Assembly (NCBI GenBank): GCA_964361825.1 | Contig: CAYICB010000002.1 | Span: 5,845 to 69,844, forward strand | DNA length: 64,000 bases | Reading direction: 5' to 3' | Origin: an uncultured Candidatus Saccharibacteria bacterium | GTDB taxonomy: Bacteria > Patescibacteriota > Minisyncoccia > Phycocordibacterales > JACOZG01 | Shown: piece after piece, positions 1 to 8,900 of the stretch | How positions within the stretch are numbered: the first letter of the stretch is position 1 | Layout: each line of letters opens with the position of its first letter | The notes under the pieces: generated by a model | Databases searched by the model: none | The model's input: the letters and a program-made list of their open reading frames with translations, nothing else | What the model was told of the DNA's origin: nothing | Translations under genes and position numbers: made by a program

Positions 1-25
1 TAAGAACAGAAGGGAGGAAAAACCT

Positions 26-367
26 GTGCGCGTAAACAAACTAGAGAGGTCCCTGAAGAAAGAGCTCTCCAAGAGAAAATTACGTCTTGTGTGGAGTCCC
101 AAGCCCAGAGAGCTTAGAAGAGATGAGTTGGTGGTTTTTGGCGCAGAGCAGAAGGTTCGCGGGAATAAAGAACCTCTTGTGGTTGGTTCAACCGGATCTT
201 TGGTTGATAAATATCATGAAGCTTTTCTTCGTTCCCTTGAACTGGCGGGCATCCCAAGGAAAACTCTTCATTCCCAATACGTTCATGTGGGTCGAGGGAA
301 AATTTGGCCAACCTTTGTTGCCCGAATTACTCAAGAAAATTTTCGGACTATCAAACAAGAAAAATAG
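26..367 (+). CDS. hypothetical protein (GTG start preceded by AGGGAGG RBS)
   Basis: Complete ORF in track. Strong Shine-Dalgarno AGGGAGG lies 8 nt upstream of GTG at 26. No recognisable family motif. Confidence 0.4.
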   Translation: MRVNKLERSLKKELSKRKLRLVWSPKPRELRRDELVVFGAEQKVRGNKEPLVVGSTGSLVDKYHEAFLRSLELAGIPRKTLHSQYVHVGRGKIWPTFVARITQENFRTIKQEK

Positions 368-436
368 TCCGACGGATTTTTGCTGGTCCGCCGTCTCACG
401 ATGGCGGACCTTTTTTGTTTCTGATATATTAGCGCG

Positions 437-652
437 ATGTTTAAAGAATTTTTTATTAAGAAGATGTTGAAGTCGCAGGGGGTGCCGGAGGATCAGGCGA
501 TGAAGGTGCTCACGATTATGGAGAAAAATCCGGACTTATTTAAGCAAATTGCGGCCGAAATTCAGGAGAAAACCAAGGGTGGCATGAACCAAACCGACGC
601 CGCGATGGCTGTGATGCAAGCCCACCAAGAAGAATTGCGAAAGATTTTTTAG
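437..652 (+). CDS. hypothetical small protein
   Basis: 71-aa ORF, charged/helical composition, no recognisable motif. Confidence 0.3.
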   Translation: MFKEFFIKKMLKSQGVPEDQAMKVLTIMEKNPDLFKQIAAEIQEKTKGGMNQTDAAMAVMQAHQEELRKIF

Positions 653-663
653 TGTGGTAGATT

Positions 664-867
664 ATGAACATGGAAACGTTAACAGTCTCCAAAAAAGAAC
701 TACAAGAAGTTGTAAGGGAGAGCTTGCGTGGAGCTTTGTCGTCCGAACTAATGAAACTTCGCGCCTTGGCTTTACCAACAGTTAGTCTAAAAGAACAACG
801 CGAAATTGAAAAGGGTTTACAGAAAGCTGATCGAACTATCGGCGAAACGGTTACCGTAAGGGCATGA
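664..867 (+). CDS. putative type II antitoxin (partner of downstream RelE/ParE toxin)
   Basis: 67-aa ORF whose stop overlaps the start of the RelE-like ORF by 4 nt (ATGA), the typical antitoxin-toxin operon layout. Family not recognised. Confidence 0.5.
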   Translation: MNMETLTVSKKELQEVVRESLRGALSSELMKLRALALPTVSLKEQREIEKGLQKADRTIGETVTVRA

Positions 868-1139
868 ATCAATGGAAAATAGGCCTTTCTCGCGAGTCAC
901 TAAAATTTCTTGATAAAAACCATCTTCCCAAAAATACGGTAGTTGAAGCAGTGACCTTGGCAATAAAGAAGCTTTCTGGTGAAATTGTGAGTGTTGATCT
1001 TAAAAAACTCCAGCCACCGTACGAGGGTTATTTTCGAATTCGGGTCGGTAAGATGAGAATCACTTGTGCTTTTGACTTTTACATAAACTTTGTCGATGTT
1101 GCTGAAGTCAACTGGCGTGGTTCGGCTTACAAAAAATAA
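864..1139 (+). CDS. RelE/ParE-family toxin (type II TA, mRNA interferase)
   Basis: 91 aa. The C-terminal pattern YFRIRVGKMRI..(F)DFY..FVDV..V.WRG.AYKK matches the RelE/ParE fold consensus (GDYRiiY...v.vl.vghRkd.Y). Translationally coupled to the upstream small ORF. Confidence 0.7.
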   Translation: MNQWKIGLSRESLKFLDKNHLPKNTVVEAVTLAIKKLSGEIVSVDLKKLQPPYEGYFRIRVGKMRITCAFDFYINFVDVAEVNWRGSAYKK

Positions 1140-1174
1140 CACCGCGAAAGATTTTTTAGTGTTACAATAAAAAA

Positions 1175-1699
1175 ATGAAATACGCCATTTTCTCTGACAG
1201 CCACGACCATTATTACAATGTCACAAAAGCCCTTGAATTGGTAAAAGAACGAGAGATAACTAAAGGTGTCCATCTCGGAGATTTTTGCGCTCCGCCGGTG
1301 TTTGATATTTTAAGTTCAGAGAAAAGTATAAATTGGACTTGCGTTTGGGGTAATGTCGATGGTGCCCGAGCTCAAATAATCCTACGCTTCCGCGAAGCTA
1401 CCAATTTAGACTTTAGCGCCGACTCTTTTCGAGAATTAGAGCTAGAAAGCGGCAAAAAAGTTTTCCTAACCCACTTTCCGCTCTTGGCCCAGAATGCAGC
1501 TAAATCTGGTGATTATCAAGCCGTATTTTTTGGTGACAATCATCAAAAATCGGTTGAAACTCTACCAAACGGCACGCTTCTGGCTAATCCGGGTGAATTG
1601 TCTGGCACCAGAACTGGCCAACCCACCTTTGCTGTTTGGGATAGCGAAACTAATGAGCTTGAGTTTGTTGCACTGACTGATTTTAAGGTTGCTAAGTAA
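1175..1699 (+). CDS. metallophosphoesterase (YfcE/MJ0936-like phosphodiesterase)
   Basis: Calcineurin-like motifs IFSDSH, HLGD, GNVD, THFP. Size 174 aa is typical for this family. Confidence 0.75.
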   Translation: MKYAIFSDSHDHYYNVTKALELVKEREITKGVHLGDFCAPPVFDILSSEKSINWTCVWGNVDGARAQIILRFREATNLDFSADSFRELELESGKKVFLTHFPLLAQNAAKSGDYQAVFFGDNHQKSVETLPNGTLLANPGELSGTRTGQPTFAVWDSETNELEFVALTDFKVAK

Positions 1700-1921
1700 T
1701 CATTAATTTTGATAGTCAAAGAAAAAGCCCACACCGTTACCAGTGTGGACTTCTCACCAACAATGAATTTTTGGTGAGCACCTGAAAGAGCTGAAGGTCC
1801 TCTTTTGGGGACATGGCTTATGCCAACAACCCGAAGGAAAAAGTCCCAGCTAGTTCAGGCGTTTCTATCTTTGCACACTATATACCTAAATACTGATTTG
1901 TCAAGCCAACAGGTCCCAAAG

Positions 1922-1966
1922 GATTTTAGCCAAGAAAAAAGGGCGGCCATTGCTGGTCGCCCCGGG
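1922..1966. repeat. ~45-bp dispersed repeat, copy 1 (gattttagccaagaaaaaagggcggccattgctggtcgccccggg)
   Basis: Near-identical copy at 2801-2848. Contains an imperfect GC-rich hairpin (GGGCGGCCA..TGGTCGCCC). Confidence 0.6.
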
Positions 1967-1989
1967 TATTCATTTTTGCTGAATACAAT

Positions 1990-2280
1990 CTAATCATCCA
2001 CTAAACGCCACAACAAAATCAACGAGGCACAGAGCAGAAATGTTCCACCCCCTATTACCAGCCCGAGCATTAAGTGGCTACCGTTGTTGTGAATGATGCC
2101 AGCTAAGCACAGGCCCGCTCCAACGAGAAAGCCACCCGACACAACTGCGCATAATCCTAGGAAAATGAGCCCGGCGGCAAGGAAACAGCAGATTCTCAAA
2201 AAATCGTAAATCAAATCGTAAATCCTTTTAAGAACCATGATAAACCCCCTTTGTGAAATGACCCAGTTTGTCCAAATCAA
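1990..2280 (-). CDS. hypothetical small membrane protein
   Basis: 96 aa with two to three strongly hydrophobic segments. Confidence 0.4.
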   Translation of the reverse strand: MIWTNWVISQRGFIMVLKRIYDLIYDFLRICCFLAAGLIFLGLCAVVSGGFLVGAGLCLAGIIHNNGSHLMLGLVIGGGTFLLCASLILLWRLVDD

Positions 2281-2319
2281 AAACTACCACATTTAGTGGT
2301 TTTTTGCTAGCATTGTTCA

Positions 2320-2706
2320 GTGAAAAGATTTTTGGAGTGGATTGGCATTAAACAGAAACTAGATAATCACGAGCATCAACCGCCCCTAATAACCGAAGGA
2401 GACTTGTGGTGGTGTGCAATTGGCGAAAATGTCGGTATTGAAGTTGGCGGCAAGAGCAAAGATTTTACTCGTCCAGTAATTGTTCTCAAGAAATTTGGCA
2501 GATTGGGGTTTATGATTGTTCCAACTACCACTAGAGAACGGGAGGGTTCGTGGTATGTAAGCTTCTTGCATAAAGGAATTAAAGAAACCGCAATGTTGAG
2601 TCAGGCGAGAGTTTTAAGTTACAAAAGATTACACTCTAAGATGGGAACGCTGGATGATGAGGACTTTAAAAAGGTAAAAGAGGCGTTTTCACGCCTCTTT
2701 TCCTAA
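2320..2706 (+). CDS. PemK/MazF-like toxin (type II TA endoribonuclease family)
   Basis: Motifs GDLWWCAIGENVG.E.GGK...RPVIVLKK and MIVPTTTRER fit the MazF/PemK/Kid consensus (GdiV..dF.p..G.E..k.RPalVls; vvVvPiTs). Confidence 0.65.
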   Translation: MKRFLEWIGIKQKLDNHEHQPPLITEGDLWWCAIGENVGIEVGGKSKDFTRPVIVLKKFGRLGFMIVPTTTREREGSWYVSFLHKGIKETAMLSQARVLSYKRLHSKMGTLDDEDFKKVKEAFSRLFS

Positions 2707-2800
2707 ATGTCCTCCGCTTGCGCGGAGTCGCGGGATAATCCCGAATGTGGCTTTAGTATAGGGGTTATCAAATTTTAGTCAAGTGGATAAGTGTGGTAAA

Positions 2801-2848
2801 GATTTTTTAGCCAAGAAAAAAGGGCGGCCATTGCTGGCTCGCCCGGGG
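2801..2848. repeat. ~45-bp dispersed repeat, copy 2
   Basis: About 90% identical to 1922-1966, in the same orientation. Confidence 0.6.
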
Positions 2849-2874
2849 TTCGTGTGTGTTTCGGTGTTTGAGAG

Positions 2875-3033
2875 CTACTTCTTTTGTTTGTCTTGCTTCT
2901 CAAGAAATTGAATGACCGCGGTTTCGATTAGGTTTGATAGCGTTCGGTTTTGTGCACGGGCCGTCGCCTTAATTTCATCAGCCATGCCCGTGCGAAATGA
3001 CATAAGGATTTTCTTTGATTTTTTCTTGCCCAT
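2875..3033 (-). CDS. ribbon-helix-helix (CopG/Arc-like) small DNA-binding protein, 52 aa
   Basis: Not in the ORF track (<60 aa). Hand translation of the minus strand gives MGKKKSKKILMSFRTGMADEIKATARAQNRTLSNLIETAVIQFLEKQDKQKK; the SNLIETAV segment is a typical RHH helix pair. Confidence 0.5.
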   Translation of the reverse strand: MGKKKSKKILMSFRTGMADEIKATARAQNRTLSNLIETAVIQFLEKQDKQKK

Positions 3034-3106
3034 ATTTATCCTCCCAAAATCAACTAGTCCAAGCTTTTGCTACCACATTTAGCGCTTTTTTGCTACTCTT
3101 TTCGCC

Positions 3107-4060
3107 ATGTCTCTCTCAATTGGCATTGTGGGCCTACCAAATGTGGGAAAATCGACGCTGTTTAATGCCCTGACGGGGAAGGGCGTGCCGGCGGAGAATT
3201 ATCCGTTTTGTACCATTGATCCATCGGTGGGGATTGTGGGCGTGCCCGACCCTAGGCTGGCTAAATTGGCAGAATTTAGTAAATCGGCCAAGACGATTCC
3301 GGCGGCGATTGAATTTGTTGACATTGCGGGGCTGGTGAAAGGCGCCTCCAAGGGCGAGGGCCTCGGGAATCAATTTCTCTCGCATATTCGTGAAGTGGAT
3401 GCGATTCTGCACATGGTGCGCGTTTTTGCCGACGACAAAGTGACGCATGTGAACAATAAAGTGGATCCTCTAAACGATATCGAAACGATTGGTTTGGAAC
3501 TCATTCTCGCTGACCTCGCCACGGTAGAGAAGCGCCGCAGTAATTTGCAAAAAGAGGTGAAGCGCGGAGATAAAAATGCGATTGCCGAAGACGCCCAATT
3601 GGCCGAAGCTGAAGCATTGCTGAAAGATGGCAAGCCCTCCTTCGCGATTAAACATTTGCACCTCTTGAGCGCCAAACCCGTGTTCTATGTGCTCAACACT
3701 TCAAGTGCAACAGAGAACGCCCCCACTTCATTCGTTGGTAACGAACTTCGCGGGGCAGGAGTGGTGGTAAAAGTTGATCCCGTCTTTGGCGAGGGGCTCG
3801 ATGATCTAATTAAAGCGAGTTATAAATTGCTGGGCCTTGCGACCTATTTTACAACAGGGGAAGATGAAACGCGGGCTTGGACCTTCAAACTCGGTTCCAC
3901 GGCGCCGGAGGCGGCCGCGGCGATTCACACCGACTTCCGCGATAAATTTATTAAAGCCGATGTGATTAATTGGGAAGATCTTCTCGCCGGCGGCCACTGG
4001 CGCTTGGAAGGTAAAGAATACTTGGTAAAAGATGGGGATGTGATTGAGTTTAAAATATAA
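3107..4060 (+). CDS. ychF: ribosome-binding ATPase YchF (Obg-like GTPase family)
   Basis: N-terminal GIVGLPNVGKSTLFNALT P-loop, coiled-coil insert, C-terminal TGS-like region (GDVIEFKI). Confidence 0.9.
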   Translation: MSLSIGIVGLPNVGKSTLFNALTGKGVPAENYPFCTIDPSVGIVGVPDPRLAKLAEFSKSAKTIPAAIEFVDIAGLVKGASKGEGLGNQFLSHIREVDAILHMVRVFADDKVTHVNNKVDPLNDIETIGLELILADLATVEKRRSNLQKEVKRGDKNAIAEDAQLAEAEALLKDGKPSFAIKHLHLLSAKPVFYVLNTSSATENAPTSFVGNELRGAGVVVKVDPVFGEGLDDLIKASYKLLGLATYFTTGEDETRAWTFKLGSTAPEAAAAIHTDFRDKFIKADVINWEDLLAGGHWRLEGKEYLVKDGDVIEFKI

Positions 4061-4065
4061 AAAAA

Positions 4066-4098
4066 GACCGGCACGCATGGTGCCGGGTTGCCTTTTTT
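4066..4098. terminator. rho-independent terminator (hairpin CCGGCAC-GCATG-GTGCCGG plus T6), between convergent genes
   Basis: Perfect 7-bp GC stem followed by a T-run on the plus strand and an A-run upstream. Serves ychF and the convergent ORF. Confidence 0.7.
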
Positions 4099-4107
4099 GA
4101 TTTGGGG

Positions 4108-4554
4108 TTAACAAAATAAAGGCAGATAATTACTCGAGGGTAGTTTAATCTCTGATGACCACCCACTCACACGGAGAACAAAGGTGACATTCGACCTCGA
4201 CTTATCGAGGTAAACCTCCAATGAAGAAAACTCCACCAAGAGGTTAGAGACTACCAATCCAGTTTGAGTTTCTGGATCGAAAGACACTCCTTTGTTCGGT
4301 CGAAGAAATAAGTCAAAATCCACGGTGACATTGCGTGGGATCAAAGAACGCGGCAGGTTGTGAGGAAAATTAATTTGCGGATAATGAGGGGTAACATTAT
4401 CACTGATGGTGTTTTCTACCACCAAACTCACAAACCAACCTTCTTGCCCTTTGTGATAGGGGAAAATTACAAACCTTACTTTTGGGTATAGTTTGCCGCC
4501 CTCCACCTCTACCTTCGGTATTATGCCCCAATCCGAATCTTTTCCAATGTGCAT
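4108..4554 (-). CDS. hypothetical protein
   Basis: 148-aa ORF, no recognisable motif. Confidence 0.35.
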   Translation of the reverse strand: MHIGKDSDWGIIPKVEVEGGKLYPKVRFVIFPYHKGQEGWFVSLVVENTISDNVTPHYPQINFPHNLPRSLIPRNVTVDFDLFLRPNKGVSFDPETQTGLVVSNLLVEFSSLEVYLDKSRSNVTFVLRVSGWSSEIKLPSSNYLPLFC

Positions 4555-4643
4555 ATCGCACCTCCTTTTCTGGTTTAATAAATATCAAAAAGAGGGGTGG
4601 TTGTCAATGGTTTGTTTTGTTTGATCGGTGTTATCATTTAAAA

Positions 4644-5195
4644 ATGCAAAATTCACGCTTTCTCAAATGGATCTTGGCTCTCGCTATTGTGATTGTTCTT
4701 AACCTCTTTTTCAATTACGCCATCCACTTGGTTTATGAAGCGCCACAGTGGGAAAATTTTTGTCCAACCAAACAAGTAAATATTATGCCTCAAACCAAAG
4801 AAGCTTGTTTAGATGAAGGCGGTAGTTGGACAGAGGAAAATGGTGAAATGATAACGACAATACCTCTTTTTGGTCCTGGAGATTCGGCCCCAAGGCGTAC
4901 TAGCTATTGCGATGTTAACTTCACCTGTGACCGAGAATTCGACAGTTATCAATCAGTTTATAATCGCAATGTTTTCTTGATCTTAGTGGGAGCTGGCCTA
5001 GCAACACTGTTGCTTAGCCTTTTTGTTGCCCTCACTTCACCTGTTTCGCTCGGCCTCTCGCTTGGCGGCGTGCTCTCAATAATTGTTGGTTCAATTCGTT
5101 ATTGGTCGGAGATGCAAGATTACCTCCGCGTCATTCTCCTCGCCGTCGCTCTTATTCTCCTCATCTGGCTCGGCATCAAGAAGTTTAGGGAATAA
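4644..5195 (+). CDS. hypothetical membrane protein (probable start at 4644 rather than 4482)
   Basis: The in-frame ATG at 4644 avoids overlap with the convergent ORF. N-terminal TM helix and two C-terminal TM helices. Confidence 0.45.
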   Translation: MQNSRFLKWILALAIVIVLNLFFNYAIHLVYEAPQWENFCPTKQVNIMPQTKEACLDEGGSWTEENGEMITTIPLFGPGDSAPRRTSYCDVNFTCDREFDSYQSVYNRNVFLILVGAGLATLLLSLFVALTSPVSLGLSLGGVLSIIVGSIRYWSEMQDYLRVILLAVALILLIWLGIKKFRE

Positions 5196-5201
5196 ATCAC
5201 C

Positions 5202-5909
5202 CTAACTGTTGAACATCGGATGTTCAACAATCTCTGCCAGATCTTTGGCCCCACTTGTTTGTACCCATTCGTGATAATCATCACTTTTTGCAAACTGTTC
5301 GCGAATTGGCTCGGTGTGTAGGAGGTTTGACCAACGGTTCTTAGAAAGGAAGTCTTGATAACTAGACCAAGGATATTCATGGGCCTTATTTCTCCAGCCA
5401 GTTAGCTCACAACAATTCCGATGAATATAAGCTGAGGCATATAACAGCTGTTCATTGTCGCCGATATGCGAAAATTTAAAAGCCCCCTGAAATAAGTAAC
5501 CACTCGCTTGGTATTTGGTATTAAAATATTTGGTGTAACTGTTACCCACTCTTTGCATATACTTCGATATTCCTCCCTCCTTTACTTCTTCTGCGATCAA
5601 GTGAAAATGATTAGGCATCAAGGCGAAGGCAATGAGACGCAGTCCGCGTTCTCGGGTGATTTTTTCTTCCATTGCCCTGTCAGTGTTGAACATCCGATGT
5701 TCAACATATCGAGTGACAAGTCGACCGGGGTTGTCGATTGTTTCTGGCCCTTGAAAATAAAGAAGGGAAAGCAAAAACCGAGCTCGATCACGATCGTCGA
5801 GAAAAATTTTCCTCTTTAAAACCCCGCGGTTGTAAATATGATAAAATTCACCGGGAGCTAATGTTTGCACTCGTTTCATGGTGTCTGTTGAACATCCGAT
5901 GTTCAACAT
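5202..5909 (-). CDS. IS200/IS605-like Y1 (HUH) tyrosine transposase, RAYT-like
   Basis: FYHIYNRG ... MPNHFHLI (HuH motif) ... catalytic-Tyr region YIHRN ... YPWSSY. This is the standard Y1 transposase / REP-associated tyrosine transposase layout. Both gene ends and one internal site carry the 23-bp palindrome. Confidence 0.75.
   Translation of the reverse strand: MLNIGCSTDTMKRVQTLAPGEFYHIYNRGVLKRKIFLDDRDRARFLLSLLYFQGPETIDNPGRLVTRYVEHRMFNTDRAMEEKITRERGLRLIAFALMPNHFHLIAEEVKEGGISKYMQRVGNSYTKYFNTKYQASGYLFQGAFKFSHIGDNEQLLYASAYIHRNCCELTGWRNKAHEYPWSSYQDFLSKNRWSNLLHTEPIREQFAKSDDYHEWVQTSGAKDLAEIVEHPMFNS
5207..5229. repeat. REP-like 23-bp palindrome TGTTGAACATCGGATGTTCAACA (copy at 3' end of RAYT gene)
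   Basis: Perfect 11+1+11 palindrome. Identical copies at 5684, 5886 and 14442; a compensatory variant at 49814. Confidence 0.8.
5684..5706. repeat. REP-like palindrome copy (inside RAYT coding sequence)
   Basis: TGTTGAACATCCGATGTTCAACA, translated in frame as VEHRMFN. Confidence 0.8.
5886..5908. repeat. REP-like palindrome copy (at 5' end of RAYT gene)
   Basis: TGTTGAACATCCGATGTTCAACA, overlapping the annotated start codon region. Confidence 0.8.
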
Positions 5910-5943
5910 TATACGGTATCGTAAGGATTGTGTTTGGGAACAA

Positions 5944-8900
5944 CTATCTCGTCAACTCCTTCATCCCTTCTACCACGAGGCTGGGTTCGCCGTTTCTTAG
6001 CGAGAGTTTGCCTTTAATCGCCACGCATTTTTCGGGTTCGAGGAGTTCGCGACATTCGGCAAAAGTGCGCGAGAAAATTACGAGCTCAATGGAGTCGTTG
6101 AAGTCGGTGAGTTTAGCAAAGCACATCCGGTCGCCCTTCTTAGTGTTAATCAGTTTAATTTCTTCTAACACGCCGGCCACCACGGTGGCGGTGCCGTCTT
6201 TCAAACCTTTGATTTTAGTAATCGAGCGACCAATCGCTTCAATTTTCTCGCGGAATTCTTCGAGCGGATGACCAGAAACATAGAGACCGAGTAGCTCTTT
6301 TTCCCAAGCGAGTTTTTCTTTAGCCGAGATATCGGGCGCCGGTTTGAGTTTGAAGTCGGGCACACTCGCTTTATCGGTCATCGCCGAAAAGAGTGAGTCT
6401 TGATTGCCACCCAATTTGCCACGCTCGCGATTATACTCAAGCGCCGCGTCTAAATTGGCGAGCAAGGTCCCTCTTTCTCCTGCCTTAGAGTTGGGAGAGC
6501 TAAAACAATCCATTGCGCCCGATTTAATCAGCGCTTCGAGTGATTTTTTATTCAAATTACGATGAGTAATGCGCTCAAGCAGGTCGCTAAAACTTTTGAA
6601 CGGGCCTCTCGTTTTGCGCTCACGCACAATCACTTCAGCAATCTCGGCCCCCAAGTTTTTGATGGTCAGCAAACCGAAACTAATTTTATCGCCGTCGGCA
6701 CGGGGCACCCTTGGGTCTGGGTCTTTATGGGTGACCCTTGCCGGCGCTTTGATGACCGTAAAGTCGCTGAAACTCTCATTGATATCTGGCGGTAAAACGG
6801 GGATGCCGAGCAACTTGCACTCGCTAATAATCTCGGCGATCGTTTCGATATTGCCGCTCTCGGCCGAGAGCGCGGCGGTCATATATTCACCCGGATAATT
6901 AGCCTTGAGATAAGCTGTTTGATACGCCACGCGACCATAACTCGCGGCATGCGCCTTGTTGAAGCCGTAACCCTGGAAGGGCTCAAAAAGATTCCAAATT
7001 TCTTCGGCTTTTTCTTTAGTTAAATCACTGTGTTTGATACAACCTTCAACAAACATCACATGCTGTTTCTTCATTTCTTCCGGAATCTTTTTACCGACGG
7101 CTTTGCGGAATTTATCCACTTCGCCCCAGTTGTACCCGGCCACTTCGATGGCCGTCATCAGGAGATCGTCTTGATAGACGAGCACGCCAAAGGTTGGCGC
7201 GAGATAACTCTTCATCTTCGGATGGAGAAATTTTGTTGGCTTCTTGCCATGTTTCCGCGCAATATACTCATAAATATTGTCCATCGGCCCCGGACGATAA
7301 AGCGCCACCATGACATTAATATCTTCCACGCGCGTGGGCTTAAGTTCCTTCAGCGCGCGCGTCATGCCGGTGCCATTAAGCTGAAACAGGCCAATGGTGT
7401 GACCGGCGGTAAGCATGATAAAAGTTTTTTTGTCATCGAGGGGAATTTTTTCAATATCAATTTTCTCACCTCGAGTTTTCTCGATAATTCTAATCGCGCC
7501 TTCGATAATCGAGAGGTTTCTAATGCCGAGAAAGTCGAATTTCAAGAGTCCTGCCTCTTCGACCACATACATATCAAATTGCGTAATAATCTTGCCGCCC
7601 TTCGGGTCGAATTGGAGGGGCACGAAGTCGGTGAGCGGCGTGGGCGAGATCACCACACCCGCAGCATGCACCGAGATGTGCCGAGCATTGCCTTCAATTT
7701 TCTTGGCGAGATCAATAATTTCTTTGGTTGCAGTATCGGTATCATAAAGCTGTTTTAATTCTGGTGTAATCTCAAGCGCGTGATCAATCGTCATCGGGAA
7801 GCCTTGCGAACCCATCGGGATTAAATTAGAGATTTTATCGCCCACGGCATAAGGGTGACCGAGCGCTCGCGCCACATCACGCACCGCGCCCCGCGCCATC
7901 ATCGAGCCGAAAGTACCAATTTGCGCCACATGATCTTCACCATACTTTTTCTTTACATAATCAATCACTTCATCGCGTCGACGATCGGCAAAGTCCATGT
8001 CGATATCGGGCGGGCTCGGGCGATCGGGATTAAGAAAGCGCTCGAAGGGGAGATTATAATAAAGCGGGTCAACACTAGAAATACCAATGAGATGCGAGGT
8101 AAAACAGCCGGCCGCCGAGCCTCGAGTATTGGTAAAGATGCCTTGGGCGCGGGTAAAGTTGAAGATGTCAGCCACCACGAGAAAGTAGGGAGCGTAACCC
8201 TTGTTGATAATAACTTCGAGCTCGTAAGCGAGGCGAGTGGCAGCTTCTTCTTTGCGATCGGGATTGCGTTCGAGATATTCGGGCAAGCGACTTTCGGCAA
8301 ATTTTCGTAGTTCTTCTTCTGGTGTCTCGGCGAGGGTAAGTTGAAATTTGGGAAAGACCCATTTGCCAAGCTCCAGTTTGAGATCACAAGCCTCGGCAAT
8401 TTTGAGGGTGTTATCGACGGCTTCAGGCGCGTCTTTAAAATGCTCGCGCATGGTGGCCTCGTCAATCAGTGAGAAATCATCACCGGCCTTGGTATAGCGT
8501 TTATTATCATCGGCATCAGTATTTGTACCAATCGCCACAAGCGTATCATGAGCCTTCGTGTCGTCTGGTTGTAAGTAGTGAGCATCTTGAGTAGCAACCA
8601 AGGGAATTCCCAATTCGTGAGCTAGTTTGATCGCTTGTTCTTTAAGCTCCGGATAGCGTTCAATTTTGGGGTGATGAAAAATTTCAATAAAATAATTTTC
8701 TGGGCCAAAAATTTCTCGATATTCATTAGCAATCTTTTTTGCTTCCTCATAATTCCGCGCCAGAATAGCGCGGGACAATTCACTGGCCATACAACCAGAT
8801 AAGCAAATAACCCCCTCGTGGTGCTCGCGCATCAGCTCTTTATCAATCCGTGGTTTATAATAATAACCTTCGAGGTTGGCTTTGGTCACGAGCTTAACCA

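Noticed and set aside
1800-1880. RNase P RNA P4-like stretch GGAAAAAGTCCCAGC
   Set aside because: The locus is under 300 bp and lacks the other universally conserved RNase P regions; treated only as an unexplained structured region.
4482-4643. Upstream extension of the membrane-protein ORF (track start 4482)
   Set aside because: It would overlap the convergent ORF by 70 nt and encodes a non-hydrophobic, Pro/Cys-rich leader. The internal ATG at 4644 gives a typical TM N-terminus.
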